Shown: positions 63,053 through 64,000 of the stretch, one piece after another
Numbering within the stretch: the first letter of the stretch is position 1
How the letters are laid out: each line of letters opens with the position of its first letter
NCBI GenBank assembly: GCA_018648265.1
Contig: JABGRN010000014.1
Location: 6,436-70,435, forward strand
DNA: 64,000 bases
Direction of reading: 5' to 3'
Source: Prolixibacteraceae bacterium
Lineage (GTDB): Bacteria > Bacteroidota > Bacteroidia > Bacteroidales > Prolixibacteraceae
Program-made: the position numbers and the translations under genes
Notes under the pieces: model-generated
Database searches by the model: none
Told to the model about the DNA's origin: nothing
What the model saw: only the letters and a program-made list of their open reading frames with translations

Positions 63053-64000
63053 CTAAAAATCAAATTCAAGTGTCCATAAATTAGTGGAACGAATTCTTTT
63101 GCTAAATACAAGGGTTTTTCCATCGGGCGATAATCTGACATCTCTAATATAATGATTCGCATCTGATAGCTTTTTACCGAAAGGCTTTTTTTGCAGCGTG
63201 TTTATATCGATGGTATAGAATTGTTTGCTTACACCACTGGATTTATCCATGTCATTGGTTGTTATGGATAATAATAAAATTTTTCCATCCTGAAAGAAAT
63301 TAAGCCCACCGTACCATGAAAACGATTCTTCTTCAGCAACTTCCCATAATAACTTAGCCTCAGTACTATTTAACTGCATGCTGAATAATTCCTGTTGTAA
63401 TGCATCTCCCACTTCTCCTTCAAAAAATGCCAGTGTGGTTTTATCTTCAGAGATTGCAAGATGATAAATTTGCTTATTAGTTTTATAAACTGTTTTTTCT
63501 TTGCCAGTGCTTATAGTCTGTTGAATGATTTTATTGCCAAGCGGGTCAACATAGAGAATTGTGTTTTCAGGGCCAAATACTTTCCACGAATGACCTTTTA
63601 GAATTTTTTTGTCTCCAGATTCAATGTTTACAATAACAAGTTTTTCGTTACCTCCGTATTGCAAAAGAATGCTTTCCCCATTTGCAGACCATTGAGGCCA
63701 TTCCCATCCTCCAGGTCGTTCAAGTATATTCAGCTCAAGCTTGAGATTTTTTTCATTTCCTGTTTTATAGTCATGAATAATTATATCGTCACCATAATGG
63801 TAATTGTCATCTATTCTTCTGGAGATATAAGCTATTTTGTTACCATCGGGAGACCAGAAAGGCGTTGTAAATATCCCGGGCTTGTTATCTGTTAAAGAAG
63901 TAGGATTTTCAAAAATTTCCTCGTCTGGTTTTACCGTGTCATGAAAAATATTTGAATAGGTGGATGTGGATAAAAACACAAATTTGCCTTCATTTGTAAA
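63053..64000 (-). CDS. PD40 beta-propeller protein; N-terminus lies beyond the window
   Basis: The track ORF starts at a GTG at 63979, but the frame stays open to nt 64000 (..FTNEGKFVFLSTST..). PD40 motifs are WSPDGNKIAY, WSANGESILL and LSPDGKTLVF. The C-terminus is NLWTLEFDF. Confidence 0.8.
   Translation of the reverse strand, partial: FTNEGKFVFLSTSTYSNIFHDTVKPDEEIFENPTSLTDNKPGIFTTPFWSPDGNKIAYISRRIDDNYHYGDDIIIHDYKTGNEKNLKLELNILERPGGWEWPQWSANGESILLQYGGNEKLVIVNIESGDKKILKGHSWKVFGPENTILYVDPLGNKIIQQTISTGKEKTVYKTNKQIYHLAISEDKTTLAFFEGEVGDALQQELFSMQLNSTEAKLLWEVAEEESFSWYGGLNFFQDGKILLLSITTNDMDKSSGVSKQFYTIDINTLQKKPFGKKLSDANHYIRDVRLSPDGKTLVFSKRIRSTNLWTLEFDF

Noticed and set aside
32782-64000. The sulfatases plus the array as a polysaccharide utilisation locus
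   Set aside because: The window contains no SusC-like TonB-dependent transporter, no SusD-like gene, and no glycoside hydrolase or hybrid two-component regulator.

Overview
This is a low-GC Bacteroidota-type chromosomal segment. The assignment rests on a T9SS C-terminal sorting domain, the bamD-rpoZ-coaBC-DUF4835-recN synteny block, and TAnnTTTG-type -7 promoter boxes. A marine Bacteroidia origin is only a guess. All calls come from reading the ORF translations and the DNA by eye, with no database or HMM search.

Left to right the window contains:
(1) Two sulfatases plus an esterase, at 1-4153.
(2) A 10-gene minus-strand arsenic island at 4265-10215: arsR, three thiol-redox genes, an ArsP-like permease, a DGC protein, arsC, arsM, acr3 and a GDCCVxC protein. 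It carries a duplicated operator-like inverted repeat.
(3) Housekeeping genes: C69 dipeptidase, M20 deacylase, pntAA/AB/B, tRNA-Pro(GGG), trxB, an alpha-oxoamine synthase, bamD, rpoZ, coaBC, a DUF4835 protein and recN.
(4) An orphan, very AT-rich single-module NRPS-like gene, at 17446-21771. Its domains are formyltransferase, a degenerate C-lobe, A, PCP and TE. It lies on the 3' side of the tRNA-Pro gene.
(5) An RHH/MazF toxin-antitoxin cassette bracketed by a 108-bp four-hairpin direct repeat that includes the recN stop codon.
(6) A TlpA-like oxidoreductase and two more sulfatases.
(7) The most unusual part, at 35709-64000 (about 28 kb, all on the minus strand). It holds four paralogous sets of a TPR-sensor histidine kinase, an OmpR-type response regulator and a secreted TPR + PD40 beta-propeller protein. 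It also holds a further 1289-aa propeller protein, one more propeller protein truncated by the window edge, and a T9SS-sorted beta-helix/PKD protein. The propeller-gene and beta-helix promoters share one architecture, a -7 box followed at a fixed 21-nt offset by phased octamer repeats. Several units also share a conserved terminator hairpin. The repeats fall into three sequence classes that track the adjacent response regulator.

I propose this as an uncharacterised, iteratively duplicated three-component envelope-sensing array. Its function is unknown.
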